Assembly: GCA_034226945.1 (NCBI GenBank)
Contig: CP120460.1
Span: forward strand, 930,001-994,000
Source: Picochlorum sp. SENEW3
Lineage: Eukaryota
Length of the DNA stretch: 64,000 nt
Direction of reading: 5' to 3'
A program made the translations under genes and the position numbers. Of the stretch, positions 24,159-37,022 are shown piece after piece. The notes below the pieces were generated by a model. The model worked only from the letters and a program-made list of their open reading frames with translations, did no database searches and was not told the origin of the DNA. Position 1 is the first letter of the stretch, and every line of letters begins with the position of its first letter.

Positions 24159-27100
24159 TCAGAATGCTAAGAAAATTTCGTGCTGCAAAGAGCTTTTCTT
24201 CGGATCCCCGTCTGGCTCAGGTATTCGTATTGCAAGTTTGCCAAGGTCTTCTGACCAGTGCCATTCGGCCTCAATCCCATCAATGGTACACTTGACAGGT
24301 AAGGCATCACAATATACCAAAAAAACTCCACAGCCCCTAATATCAAGCCGAATCTCACATACCTCTTCCCAGTTAATGCTCTCCTGTGCTGAACCAGTAG
24401 TATTGATCCCAGTCTTGGGTGACATGAAATCAATCATGATCCATTCCTTATCGAAAATGTGCATCAGTAATGTTGACCCACCACCGTTAATCATGTCTTC
24501 CAGGCCAACTGGACAGAATTGAACTTTGAATTTATGAATTGGGACAATGGCTACTGCAGCAGCTTGTCCTGTTGTAAGGCTGATCTCAGTCGAATCTCCA
24601 GGTGACACTACATTCCACATACATCGATCGCTACTTGTGCAAGTGATCAGAAATTGCTGAGTGTCTCTCATGCTGTTAAACATGGGTATGTCAGATGGTC
24701 TGATCGAAGCTTGTACTTTGCAGGGGCCGCTAGCGTGTGTATGAAATTTTCTTTTGTCCCTATCCCATGAGGATCCCTGCAGATTAAAAACCCCTACGAG
24801 AGCCGATGAACAGTTCAAGCTCCATAATTTTAGAGCACTTCGCCCATCTGAGGTTACGTTATTGAACAAGCAGTCGACTGTCGGCCTACATGGCTGTTTT
24901 GTCCGCAAAACTGTCCCATTCACAAGCACCAGTCTCTTTAGCACTGAGAAGTCATGCTTGCCAGGTGCATCTGACACATACACTGGGCCACCACTCACTG
25001 CCCTTGCCACAGCATGAGCCTCACTCGCCTCGTGATTAGACTGAAACATATCAAAATCAGGTACGACAAGAGGGGACAGGAAAAGGCCATTATATGCACA
25101 GGCCACAATGTGGGCCAGGTGAGAGGCTTTGTCTGATGGGTAAAAATCATCTGATGCTCTCGCAACTGCAGTCTTTTTCCAATGATATATGTTTTCAATC
25201 GTATGGCACATGCAATTGATGACAAGATTTTCCTCAAAATGCTTTGAAGTACTTGCCTCAAGAGCATCGTGGTATCTCAGAGCAACTGATGCTCCCCCAC
25301 CTGCAACTGATCCTACCAGCCCAATGCCAGCTTGGCAATCGACCTTGACTCCAGAAACACCACATTTGCAGAGATACTTGTGCATGTCATTGAATAAATG
25401 GAATGGATCATAGAGTGCGCCCATACCCATCAAAACTGTTGGATTCCATTTCATGCTGGGCTCGACATCCAAAAGGCTGTTTTGGGGGTCAGGATGTACA
25501 TTGTGCGGAGCATATCGCATCATGTCAGCTGATTCAAGAGATATACCACTCCAATAAGCCGATATACCGTGCCAACAAATCACAAAGTCGACATGAAGGG
25601 CTGTTTTGAGATGCTGAATCACTGATTTCAGGTCAGGAGAATCTGAAAACTCCGATCCATGCGATAATTTGAATTTTGCGTTAGCTTGAATATTCGTGAG
25701 CCTCCTACTAAAATTTGTCTGATCAGCTATGAAGTCCAACAGTGGACCACGCAGAGGCCCATGGGCTAGTTTTGAAAATAATTGAAATGCCCTGCATGAC
25801 AAAGAAAAATTCATTTCACTTGATATGAGGTTCGCAGTTATTAGTGACCTTTAATACGTACCAACTCCCATTTGCAGCTGGATCAACAAAAATTTCGTAC
25901 AGCGACACGGATACAACCTGCAGAAGTCCCATCAAATATCCAGCAGCAGAATCCAAGACATTACTCAGTTTCCTATGCAGAAAAGCTATCCAAGTGCTTG
26001 GCACTTTCTCAAATGCAACCTTCTTCTTTTCATGCTCCAGAGCGAGGTTGTGGTACTGTAAGCCACCCTTCTGTCCAGTAGCCTCAATTAGCTCCTGAAG
26101 AGCAGCTCCAGATGAGCTACCCTCTGTGATATTTCTCATTGCAGGTCCAAGGGCTCTACTCTCCGCAGTAATGAATGCTTCATTGTGCCTGTGACGATTT
26201 GAAAAGTGTTGTATCTCACTGTTCAAGTCATCTCCCACAAATCCTGTGGGCACATCAGGATATGAGTCCAAATCTGTTTGCTGCCAACCATCGTCGATTA
26301 TGACAAATCTTGGTGGAGTGTGTCCTCGCTGCAAACTCTCAATACCCTGAAAAATATTTGGGGCAGATACTGAAGAGTAGAACGCATCCCAGCTGCACCA
26401 TCCAAAATAATCCAGAGATCTTGGTACAATCTTTTGAGAAAGACTCTTGCCACCTCCGCTGCGTTCTGCAGCAATCGCGACAGATTTTCTCACCAGATCA
26501 TACGGATCTGTGTCAACTGCAACCAATACGGCTTCAGGCCACGCATTCTCACTCAATGCCTTGTCTCCACTCTCGGTTTTGATCACTAGGCTATTCTTGC
26601 CCTTGTTCATCCTGCATCAATTCATAGGACTGTAATCAATATGATATGAACACGAACAAACTTTTCTTTCGAACTCGATTATAGAATCAGGTGGGATGAA
26701 TGAGGTGTCAAGACAAGGATATATGTTTCGGTCCCCTGGACCTCTCCAGGAGACCTATGTCCTCCATGTTGATTCTCTCCCTGAGGGGGCCAGGCCTGGA
26801 CAAATCTCGCAACTCTCTAAATGCCACCTCGTACGTATATGAAAGTAAAAACAGCCTATAAGGACCATTCTATATCTAAATTACTTATCATATACCCAGT
26901 AAACGCGTTCTTCTTGGAAAACTGCCTCGGCCTTTCGATTTTTTGCTTTTGAACTCCGAGGCCGGGTACATATCTTCTATATCTTGATCATTGCGATTCC
27001 GAAACTAGGATCATATTCTGATGGATCTTGTCCCCAAAACGCTAGAGGACGAATTCCAGATAGTCACTTCAGGCGACTGTCCGCAACAGGTGCGTCTTCA

Positions 27101-29656
27101 CTAGAGTATCCAAACTTTCTCAGCACGCTATCAGCTAAAGATATTCAACTCTTCAGATTTCTCGTGAACAATGGGAAGATAATCCCAAGAAGCGACGGCT
27201 GGGAAGCGCTTCTAAGCATTCAGAGAGAACAGAGATAGAAAGAGAACTGGAATCTTCAGAAAGTCCAGTTCCACTCGAGCATGGCTGGATTCAACCTCAG
27301 AGCACAGAAGACAGAGGCAAACGCGCAAAAAAGCCAGCATCATTTGAAAGTTTAAGCCGAGAAAATTCGAGACTTCGCTTCGAGGTCGATAATGCAAAGT
27401 CTTTGCAAAAGGTGCTTGAAAGCAACATACTCTCTCTGCAAGAACAGATTGTTGCACAGAAATCAACCTCGCCTGCCTCAACTATCTCTAGACAAGAGCT
27501 TAAATATAAAGCCACCAAGATACCCACAAAGCATCAGGCTCAGTATTCTGACGAAGTATCTCCAAGTTCCCTGAAAGCCCTCATTGCTGAAAAGCAGGAA
27601 GCAGCCCACACCCTTGAAGTATTTTACAAGGATCGGCTATCCAAGCTGAAATTGGATATCAATGTTATTCAGGACGAAAAGCATAGTTTGGTCACCGCAA
27701 ATGCAAATCTCTCAGCAGAGATTGAGAGATTGCAAAACATATTGGGGACTTTGCAGGCAGAGCGCAACTCCCTCAGAGAGCAAGTTGTTCAACTTGAAAG
27801 TGATGGCTTCAGGAGCAAAAATCCACAGGATGTCAGCAGAGATACACTCGAAGCTAATATTTTCACTGAAAGGCTACACAAAGCTGAATCTGAAGCCGCC
27901 CGAGTCCAGGAGCTTGAGGGAAAGCTCAAAGCATTTGAAATCGTATCCCAAAAACTGGAAGCAACAGAGTTGAGAGTCAGGTGCCTTGAAAAGATAGTAA
28001 AAGAGCAAGACGATTCACACACCTCTTTTCTCAATGTGAAAGACGAATTGATGAGGTGGAAAAACTTGTTCTCCCATGTTGCCAAAGACATAACACCACA
28101 AAAGCTTCTCTCCCACATGCAAAGCCTAGAAAATTCCCTTTGTGAATATCAGCAACAAGCCCAATGCTCTGAAATAAAAGTACGTCCTTTGCCTTCTTCT
28201 TCTAGATTGGATATCATTGTGTGAATAAATAGGTCGGTTTAAGGAGCAAGCCTTTCCGTGCAGGATGTTCAGAGTCTGGATGTAGGATCTAGATTAGATC
28301 TGCTGAACAAGAATGTCGCTGTCCTGGAAAAGGAAAACCTGAAATTACACAAGCACATCAAACAACTTGAATTAAGCAATGAAAGTCGATTCACCAGCCA
28401 AATACATTCTCTCAATCAGCAGGTCTTGACCCTGAAAGAGCAATTGGGCTCAGGATATTTCAATGATGAAACCACAAAGGTTTTGCATATGAAGAGGAAT
28501 CCTTACCACGACCAAAAAGTGGAGAGGTTTGAAGCCCAAATTACTCGTATCGAGGCAGAGAATGCTACCTTAAAAAGTAGACTGGAAAATTTGGGTGGCT
28601 CTCAAAGCGGCATACCTGCTCAGAGTGAGCTGAAACTTGCTCAAATGGATGGAGAGATTAACATGCTCAGGAAGAAACTCTCAGAAGTTCAGAAAGCTTC
28701 TGAGAGACTGAAACATGTTTTTATGCGCCAAATAACTTTACTTCGGGAGTCAGTTCCAAAGATATTCGGCTATCAATTAGAAATGGTATCAGATCCAGAT
28801 AAACGAGATTGCAAAGCTATTTTCACCCTTAGCCCCCACAGCACTGACTCTAAAATAGTCTTCAAACTTCTCAGAGACGGAGAAATGGAGCTGGTCGAAA
28901 ACGATTTTACGAAGAAATTTCCCAAGGAGATCGAGACATTCATTAAGAAATTCAACTCCATCCCAGGATTCATTGCAAATATGACCTTAGAAAACTTCCA
29001 GAGGCAATCTTGATCCAACATTGTGTGTAACGTGTAAAGAAATCCCACCATTCATCCCTCACTGCAGGCACTAGGAAAATACTATACTAATATTATAACA
29101 AGTAGACGCACCCGCTGTTTGCTCCCCCCCGCAATGTACATGTGAACAAATTGTCACAAATTAAAGGCAATATCATTCCATAGTATCCAGATTGCTCCAG
29201 TTCAAACAGAAGAAACTACAGATACCAACAAAAACCTCATCCAACGTTAGATGGAAAAAGGGATATATCCATTAGTAAATTCCATACCTGCGTTTCTATT
29301 GGAAGATACGAGATGTCGCTTCCCCAAGATGGAGTCATCCACCACAACTTGTTCTTTGCACTACAAACCCAACGTCGACTTGCGACTATTCCAAGATGAG
29401 CCATAAATATCGAATCCTCTTGCTCACTCCTAAGACCCAAAATTACGTGTTGATCTGACGTATCCGATACTGTGACTGTTGCGGTGTCGATATCTCGGAG
29501 AACTTCTATGGGTCCGTCTGTACAATTCCAAGAGCTGTCGTGAAACACTAGAGTTCCTGAGCCCAAATGCGGACCCGCCTGATTCAATTTCATTTCCATG
29601 ATTCTTTTATGTCCTGTATATAATATGTATTCGAGGGGCGACTCCATGGCATCCAA
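24159..29656 (-). CDS. Raffinose synthase/seed imbibition protein Sip1 (GH36); start uncertain; 2.5-kb intron 26612-29111
   Basis: KLWWMTP..LPIETQ|FLLFEL..TLRGGANSG|MNKGKNSLVIKTESGD; FGWCSWDAFY; FVIIDDGWQ; GVKVDCQ; RASDDFYP; PDFDMFQS. Confidence 0.92.
27021..29013 (+). CDS. MAD1: Spindle assembly checkpoint protein MAD1 (nested in the Sip1 intron)
   Basis: Long coiled coil; TKVLHMKRNP (MAD2-binding motif), RLKHVF (RLK motif), IFGYQL and SIPGFIANMTLENF; two TGTAA signals after the stop. Confidence 0.9.
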
Positions 29657-29816
29657 GACATCCTACGCAAAACAAACTTATAGAGGTCGATCTCCCATTG
29701 GGTACTCCGATCAATCGGATCCCATCGCGATAGGGCACGTTTCCGGTAATTATTATTATTTCCGCTAGCAAGGCTTCTAGAGCACTGCATCGCCCATTAT
29801 ATAATAATTGCGCGAA

Positions 29817-32529
29817 ATGGACATTAGAAAATTCTTAGCGGGTAAGCCAGGAACTGGAGGGACCAGGAGCAGTAGTGGTACGTGGGATGATTTTGAAATG
29901 ATGTCACAAACACACTGCCAACGCCATGGGTGCATCATCACTGTATGGATTTGATTGATGGGCTTCTATTAAAAAATCATTCTCTGTTATACAGATAACA
30001 ACGCCAATTCCTCTGATGCTCCAGAAATTTTTGATCTCACGGGCGCTGGTGACGATACTGGTGTGCCTAAAGAGGACGTGGACGCTGGCATTGCTCAGAA
30101 GAGTAAAGCATCGAAAACAGATGATCAAATGTCACTTGAGAAAATTAAGGAGCAGAAGGGTCCTGTTTTGAAGCAGAATTTCGGAGAAGGATGGCCTTAT
30201 GCCAAGGAGGCAGTTGCAGCTGTCGATGAGGCAGTAAAGTTGCTCCCAGAAAATGCGAAAGACCTAAAGATGACTCTTCTATCTGAGGCTAGCTACATAG
30301 GGAGGGCTCCAGATGAGCCGAAAATGCGTGGGACCAAGGATAAAGCACCTATTGGTCACCCTGATGCTCTATCAGGCAAGTCCTTTGTCATCACTGGAGT
30401 GCTGGACTCGATGCTTCGTCCTGAGATGGAAGAATATATTCGCACACATGGAGGTCGAGTATTATCTTCTGTGAGTGGGAAAACTTCTTTCCTGATTGTC
30501 GGTGAGCACAGTGGAAAGTCTAAAGTTGAAACAGCAAAGTCAAAGGGTGTAAAGCTAATTGATGAGGATGGCCTCATTTCACTTGTAATCGCTTCTATCC
30601 CTGCCAAGCAGTCTGCTGAAACAGGTAAAAAAGCTGGTATTGGTGAAATTTACGACAAGGGAAAGGCTGCTGGCTCTGTTGTGGAAAATTCATCTAGGGT
30701 CAAATCAGATGGCTCAGAACTGCTTTGGGTTGATAAGTGGAAGCCCAAGAGTTCCTCCGAACTTGTTGGTAACAATGCTCTTATATCAGACTTGAAGAGC
30801 TGGCTGAAACAGTGGGAAGATGTGCATTTACATGGGCGAAAGGCAAATTCCATGAGGAAAGGAAAGGTTATGGAGCACAAGAAATGTGTACTACTTTCAG
30901 GCTCCCCAGGCATCGGAAAGACTTCTGCGGCCTTGATAATTGCAAAGGAGTGTGGATATGAGCCGATCGAAGTTAATGCTAGTGATACAAGATCGAAATC
31001 GGATTCCTCAGTCCTGAAAGGCATAGGTGGGAAACTATCAAATATTGTTCGAGAAATGTCAACAAATTCGCCGCTAAATCTTCAAGCGAGTCAAGGAAAA
31101 AGAGTACGTAACTGCTATATGCTGATCTTTATAAATTATGTCTGACATAATCATGCCTTGCCGAACGTAGTTATGCCTCATCATGGATGAGGTGGATGGA
31201 ATGTCTGCTGGTGATAGAGGTGGAGTTTCGGACTTGATCAGAACGATTGCAAAGTCAAAGGTCCCTATAATTGCTGTATGCAATGATAAATATTCCATGA
31301 AACTAAAATCGTTAAGAAATCACTGTATGGAGCTAGATTTTCGAAAGCCAACTCTTCAGCAGATACAAAAGAGGATCTCCATGATTTGTCAGAAGGAAGG
31401 CCTGCACATGAATGAGGCTACCATGCATGCTGTGATACAAAATGCAAATGGAGGTGATATTCGAGCAATTTTGGGTAGACTTCAGATGATTCGAAGGCGC
31501 ACCGATCATTTGTCTTACACTGACTTATCAAATGATGCCTCGAAAGATGTTGAGATGAGTCCGTTTGAGGCTGCCAGACGTCTCCTTGATATGGATGCAT
31601 CCAGCTCTTTGTCGTTCTCTGACCAAATAGAGCTTGTATTTCAAGATTCAGACCTTGTTCCGTTACTTGTCCAGGAGAATTATCTCAACCATAGGCCTAA
31701 GATTGCTGCATCTGAATTAAATGTTATGGCGGTCCTTGCCAAGGCTGCAGAGGAATTTTCTGGAGGTGATCTTGTATCTAGATCAGTCCGACAATATCAA
31801 AACTGGTCTCTTATGCCTTTTGCATCTGCTCTTGGTACAGTCAACCCAGCCTCCTATGCTAGAGGGCCGCGGCAGATTTTCGGATTGTATCCCAATGAGC
31901 CAAACTTCCCACGCTTCACATCATGGCTTGGCCAAAACTCGAGCCATTCCAAACACAAACGGCTCTTAGGAGAAATTCATACTGCTATGATATCATCAGC
32001 TCACTTTTGCGCGAATAGAACATCTCTCCGTCTGGAATATTGGTCCCCTTTGAAGAAAGCTATTGTTCAGCCTCTGCGACTGAATGGAAAGGAAGGGATC
32101 CCAATTGCATTGGGACTGATGAACGATTATGCACTTCATCGTGAAGATGTAGACACCTTGCTTGAAATTGGTAAGTTTAAGACGAAGGGTCCTTGGGGAA
32201 GAGATGAGTACAAAGAAGTTGCCACGGCTGTGAAGACAGCATTTACCAAGGCCTTCAACCAGCAAAAGCTTAAAAGCAAAACTGGAAATGTTGTAAAGAA
32301 CTTGAAGAAAGAATCAAAAAAGAGAGATATCGAAGATGCTTTTGGTGACGAAGGAGTAAATGATGTTGGCGAGGAAGAAGAAGCAGAGGAATTGCAACCA
32401 GGAGACGTGCAGCAGAAGTTCAGCAACATCCAGAACAAGAACGTCGCAGTCTCATTGTCAATCAACGAAAAGAAGAAGCCTGGAAAGAAGGGATCCTCCA
32501 AAACAACTAAGAAACCGAGAAAAGCCTGA
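29817..32529 (+). CDS. RFC1: Replication factor C subunit 1
   Basis: MDIRKF start; BRCT (GKSFVITGVLDS..VSGKTSFLIVG); LWVDKWKP; Walker A GSPGIGKT; MDEVDGMSAGDRGG; introns 29878-29994 and ~31105-31170. Confidence 0.96.
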
Positions 32530-32569
32530 TTGTTTTCGTTCGATGATCATGGCCATGCATGGTGATCAA

Positions 32570-35330
32570 TTGGTCATTGCGATACGCATGCGTAGATTAA
32601 GGATTTCTGCTGTAACCATAAAAGAATCGGGATTTTCTTTAAATCGCGGCGGCCACCGCGGAATCGATTCCGAGCAAAAGAGCCTCCCGATCGAATAATA
32701 CACTCTATAAGTGTGGGATTTTGCATTTCTCGCCAGCGGAGGTGCCGGGCGCGAGGGGCGGTGTCCGCCGATGTGCGCGATTTCCGGAAATGGGCCGAAA
32801 ATCGCTCCCTCGCTAGGCCCCGAAATTTCCTCGCTCGACCCCTGACGAAACGATATTTCAAAAAAGCTGGGCTGGGCTACGGTCCGGGCGGCAACGGGCG
32901 TTCCTGGCGGGCGGCCCAGCGCCGCAAAGGCGAGGTGCCGACACCTCCGAAACCGGCCTTCTTCTCCTGTCGCGGCCCTCGGTGGGCCGGCCGATACCGC
33001 CGATCGACCCACTCCCCAGAGTGCCCCCAACTTATTACGGAAACAGCAGTGCCAAAGAAGATGAAAGAAGATTTAATGAACAAGAACCTCTCAGAATCTC
33101 TGAGAACATCAGATCAATATTTCATGGACATTCAACAAATATCTAAGATCATCAGAGAACATGTGATCGACATCTGGGAGCATTTGATGAAGCTCTGAGA
33201 ACATCCAAGATCATCTGAGAACACCTGACAAAGCTCTAATAACATCAGAGAGCACCTCAGAGCATTTCATCAACATCTAAAGAGATGAGAAAAGATTCGA
33301 TCTAGTTGCTCATGTTTAGAGTGATCAGTATAATCCTCAAAAAGCAAATGGTTACTGACATGGCACTGATTCTCATGAGATGCATGAGAGGGTACTGTCC
33401 TGTCAACACTTTGTCAGTCAACACAACTGCCCTGCATTCAGAGCATGTCCTCCGTCCGCCCCGACCAATATATGTCCCGATATTTTACTCATCGACCTCC
33501 AAGACCAAAATCAGGCAGCCCGGATCCTTTGAGCCCGGCAAGTATGATCAAATTCGGGGGAATTGAATTAGACCACAAAGTTATACATGTATTCCTCCAG
33601 AATAGATGGCTTTTCTGACTGGTCCAACTGTTGCAAAAAGAAATATTTTCATGGTTTAGATGAAACACTCGGTTCATGAGTGCATTTAGCGTGCAGAGAA
33701 TGAATCAACACCGTCCAAAAGAGTGGCCGGATCTGAATTATTCAGCAGGGACCATCAGATGAAGGTTTTCGTCTCAAAGGTAGAGCATCAAGAATCTACC
33801 TGTGCCCTTTCTCACGGGATGCAACTTTCTAGCTTATTGATACCATCAATATTGCTTCCGTTGGGACTCATTTCCATGGCTGAGTTGATTAAGTGTGGAA
33901 TCTGATGGGGAGAAGGAAACTAGGACCTGCTAACAAATGTGGATCTGGGTCTAATTTTGTTGTACCCACCAAGGGTTGACAGCCAAGCGAGTTTTCCAGG
34001 TGAGATAGTCATTGTGACCCCATTCATAGCATCCTTGCTTCTATCCTGTTGATCGAAGACTCGTGTCTCGTCTGTGCTGGACCTGAAGCTCCATTGAAAG
34101 ACGGCCTGTCTGTTGTCTAATCCAATTTCCAGGTTCGCTATGTGTACACTGAGACAGAGTAGGATATATCGGATAGTAGGGTAGCACTAGCATCTCAAAT
34201 GGAATTGATTTGAAGACAATGTATGGTGGATTTGACTGACAAGATCGCTTTACAAAATCAGTCCCAATTGAGAATTGTCAAATCATATGCATATGAGGGG
34301 GACAATAGGAATGCCACCATCGTATTGATCCGGCCTCACAAAGTCCTTGTGTCCAAGGAATCCAGAAGGCTGTTGATTCCAAGCTGGCATCAACCACAAG
34401 AAATCACTTTGAGGCAGATTATCAAATCAGGAAGCAGTCGACAAATATCAGAAATTATGGCACCAACCATAGCTCACTTTCAGCACCTCCAGGTGAGAGA
34501 AGCCTCCGTCCTGTGATGTTGAGTCCATACCTTCAATTGACCTCTCAGCACACAAAACCCAGCATTATATTTACCGATCATATGAGATAAAACAAAAGGA
34601 TCGAGAGCATCACGAGGATCTGCCCAAACAAAAAGAAGGTATAGGTTGGAATGACATATATCCATACAGTGGGAAATAGAAGACAAGATGATTCAAGAAA
34701 ATAAACGGGGACGTTGAATCACATAGACCATATATTTGATCCATCATAATGATATAGTTTGCTGTAACTGCCTATGGACATGGCATTGCCTTCAATATCG
34801 GTGCACACTCGAACTTCTACAGACCTGGCTACAGCTCTCTGTTGGTCAACACATCTGCCACGCATTTAGAGCACCTCTTCTGTCGGCAACGACCAACATA
34901 TGTCCTCAAACTGCCCTGTCTCATGTTCAAGTCCACAAACAAACACCCCGTATGTTTGGAACCATCTGTGTATGTCCAAATTTTTGAAGTATTCGCATCA
35001 AACCATGCGTTCAAACACATGGGCTGCACCATCCCATCTCGCATGAGACTGGTCGGTCCAGACGCCACCGAACGAGTCCTCGAATCTATGTACGAAATTT
35101 GAAATCACGACCCAGATCCCGATGAAAGGCAGGTAATCAAAGCAGCATCGCGGGAATGTTTGCAATTGCAATGAATTAATTCAGTTCGAACTCGAAGGAA
35201 TCGTGATGTTGGGATTCGATAGCAATCGAGCATGACCTTGGTTCGCTTTTATATTATCAAATAAGGGTGTAATGCTGGAAATTAAATTGATAGGTCGATA
35301 ATATACGCCGCCGCTTCTGTCCTGCCCATA
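32570..35330. other. Gene-free island of probable repeat/transposon debris: GC-rich block, degenerate TCTGAGAACATC repeats and broken ORFs
   Basis: 2.8 kb without an intact gene in an otherwise dense region; abrupt composition change at ~32640-33030. Confidence 0.5.
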
Positions 35331-35365
35331 CCGCGGAAAGGTCATGTTCTTGTGCACTCGTTGAC

Positions 35366-36196
35366 ATGGCTGCATATAATCGCTTCCTTCAGGGATACTA
35401 TATCTCAAATATCATTATTATATTGTCTTATCAGTTCATTAGAAAGTATTTCCTCGCGCAAAATGATTTCTCTCGCTCAAAGCTTGGTGGCGAACTTGAG
35501 CTGTTTAAAATGGTACTTTTACTTTGCCATTCTGAATTGGTTTTACGCTTAACATCACGATGTATGTATGTGCATTTATTGAACAAACATTTGTTCACGC
35601 AGGAAAGACAATCTCTGTCGCTCTTGGGGATCGCTTTGTCTCTCAAGTTTTTCAGAAGACAGAGTTTGGATGGGTATTTTGCGGACGTCTTTTTCTTTTG
35701 TAAAAGCGTGATTGCCTTATTAACATGGTATATGGACTATAGGTGGTCTCTCATTTATATTTTTGGCTACCTAGGTATAGCAATGACTTTTCCACAGCCA
35801 TTCTTCACAGGGAAGTCAAAGATGACAGAGTTTACACCTGAGACCCTTACAGATGTAGTCGAGAACCAAACCGACGAGTCCATCACTTGGATCATCGAAT
35901 TTTTCGCGCCGTGGTCTCCTCAGTGCCTCATCCTTGAGCCCGTCATCGCAGATATCAGCAACCAATATTCGTCTGACAGGGTTCACTTTGGAAAAATCGA
36001 TGTTTCTAGATGGCCCTCAGTAGGAAAGCGTTACAAAATACATTTGACCGGCATATCAGATCAATTGCCAACCTTGATTAGATTCGAGCGGGGAAAGGAA
36101 ACTGGCCGAATCCCTCAGATTTCTGATGATGGCAAGAGAGTCTATGGGGGGAAATTTAGAAAGCATGATATCCTTGCTGCATTTGGCATGCAATAA
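35366..36196 (+). CDS. TMX2: Thioredoxin-related transmembrane protein 2
   Basis: TM segments, then WIIEFFAPWSPQC (SxxC), FGKIDVSRWP and QLPTLIRFERGKE; in-frame intron ~35513-35602. Confidence 0.88.
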   Translation: MAAYNRFLQGYYISNIIIILSYQFIRKYFLAQNDFSRSKLGGELELFKMVLLLCHSELVLRLTSRCMYVHLLNKHLFTQERQSLSLLGIALSLKFFRRQSLDGYFADVFFFCKSVIALLTWYMDYRWSLIYIFGYLGIAMTFPQPFFTGKSKMTEFTPETLTDVVENQTDESITWIIEFFAPWSPQCLILEPVIADISNQYSSDRVHFGKIDVSRWPSVGKRYKIHLTGISDQLPTLIRFERGKETGRIPQISDDGKRVYGGKFRKHDILAAFGMQ

Positions 36197-36239
36197 CCAA
36201 TGCCAAGGGCAGCATGATATATCTCGCATAGAGATATCT

Positions 36240-37022
36240 TCAAGAGACCGAAATATCCCACAGATCACAGTGATCGATATTGAGACTCTTTGGTAGCTTT
36301 GACAGGTTAATGCGCTTCACTGTCTTGAATTGTTTTAAAACTTGCTCGATGAAAATATCTCTCACTTCTGAGGAGCGCCTTTCTAAACTGATCAAGAGTC
36401 TTGTCTTTTCAGAACATAATGCTCTGCATAGTCTAACAAACTCGACGGTATCTGGTGATGGTCCCTCCCCATCCATGTAACAGCAATCAGAAGCGAGAAC
36501 TAAATCAGGGTATCCGTCATCGCACAGGTCCAGTGCACGTTTCATTCCATCTGCAGAGCCCCATTCTAATGGCGACACGTCTACATGACCCTTTTCCGGC
36601 ACTACTCTATCCAAACCGTTTTTCTCAACATTCGTACGTAACAGGGGAACAAGTTTCTCAAGCTCCGTTGCATGCACGTGTCCACCCATCTTGCCCAAAA
36701 CCAAAGATACAAGTCCGACTCCTGCGCCCAGTTCGATTGCCTTGCATCCAATGTATCGATGTCGAGGCTGAGATGCCAAGTAGGCGGAGAGTATGATTGC
36801 TCCATCCCAAACACATGCTCCAACTCCGAGCTTATCGTGTGACAAGTCCCTGGGCTTTTGCTCCACGGTCAGTTGCAAATCGTATAGTCGCACAACTATC
36901 GACTCTGCCGAGTGCACCTCCCACCTATCCAGATGAGTCAAGTGTTTAAGCTCTCTTTCCCCATCAGTCCAACGCTCAAACTCGAGTGAAAAATCAGTCA
37001 TGAACTCCGAACCCATGCACAT
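36240..37022 (-). CDS. Lysine methyltransferase (Methyltransf_16/METTL21 family)
   Basis: GACVWDGAIILSAYL, IELGAGVGL and DLVLASDCCY motifs. Confidence 0.9.
   Translation of the reverse strand: MCMGSEFMTDFSLEFERWTDGERELKHLTHLDRWEVHSAESIVVRLYDLQLTVEQKPRDLSHDKLGVGACVWDGAIILSAYLASQPRHRYIGCKAIELGAGVGLVSLVLGKMGGHVHATELEKLVPLLRTNVEKNGLDRVVPEKGHVDVSPLEWGSADGMKRALDLCDDGYPDLVLASDCCYMDGEGPSPDTVEFVRLCRALCSEKTRLLISLERRSSEVRDIFIEQVLKQFKTVKRINLSKLPKSLNIDHCDLWDISVS

Noticed and set aside
32566..33198. Overlapping ORFs in the GC-rich block
   Set aside because: The Arg/Pro/Gly-rich translations on both strands reflect stop-codon scarcity at high GC.
34829..35068. YTDGSK motif suggesting an RNase H domain
   Set aside because: The other RNase H catalytic motifs cannot be found in frame; a single short motif is insufficient.
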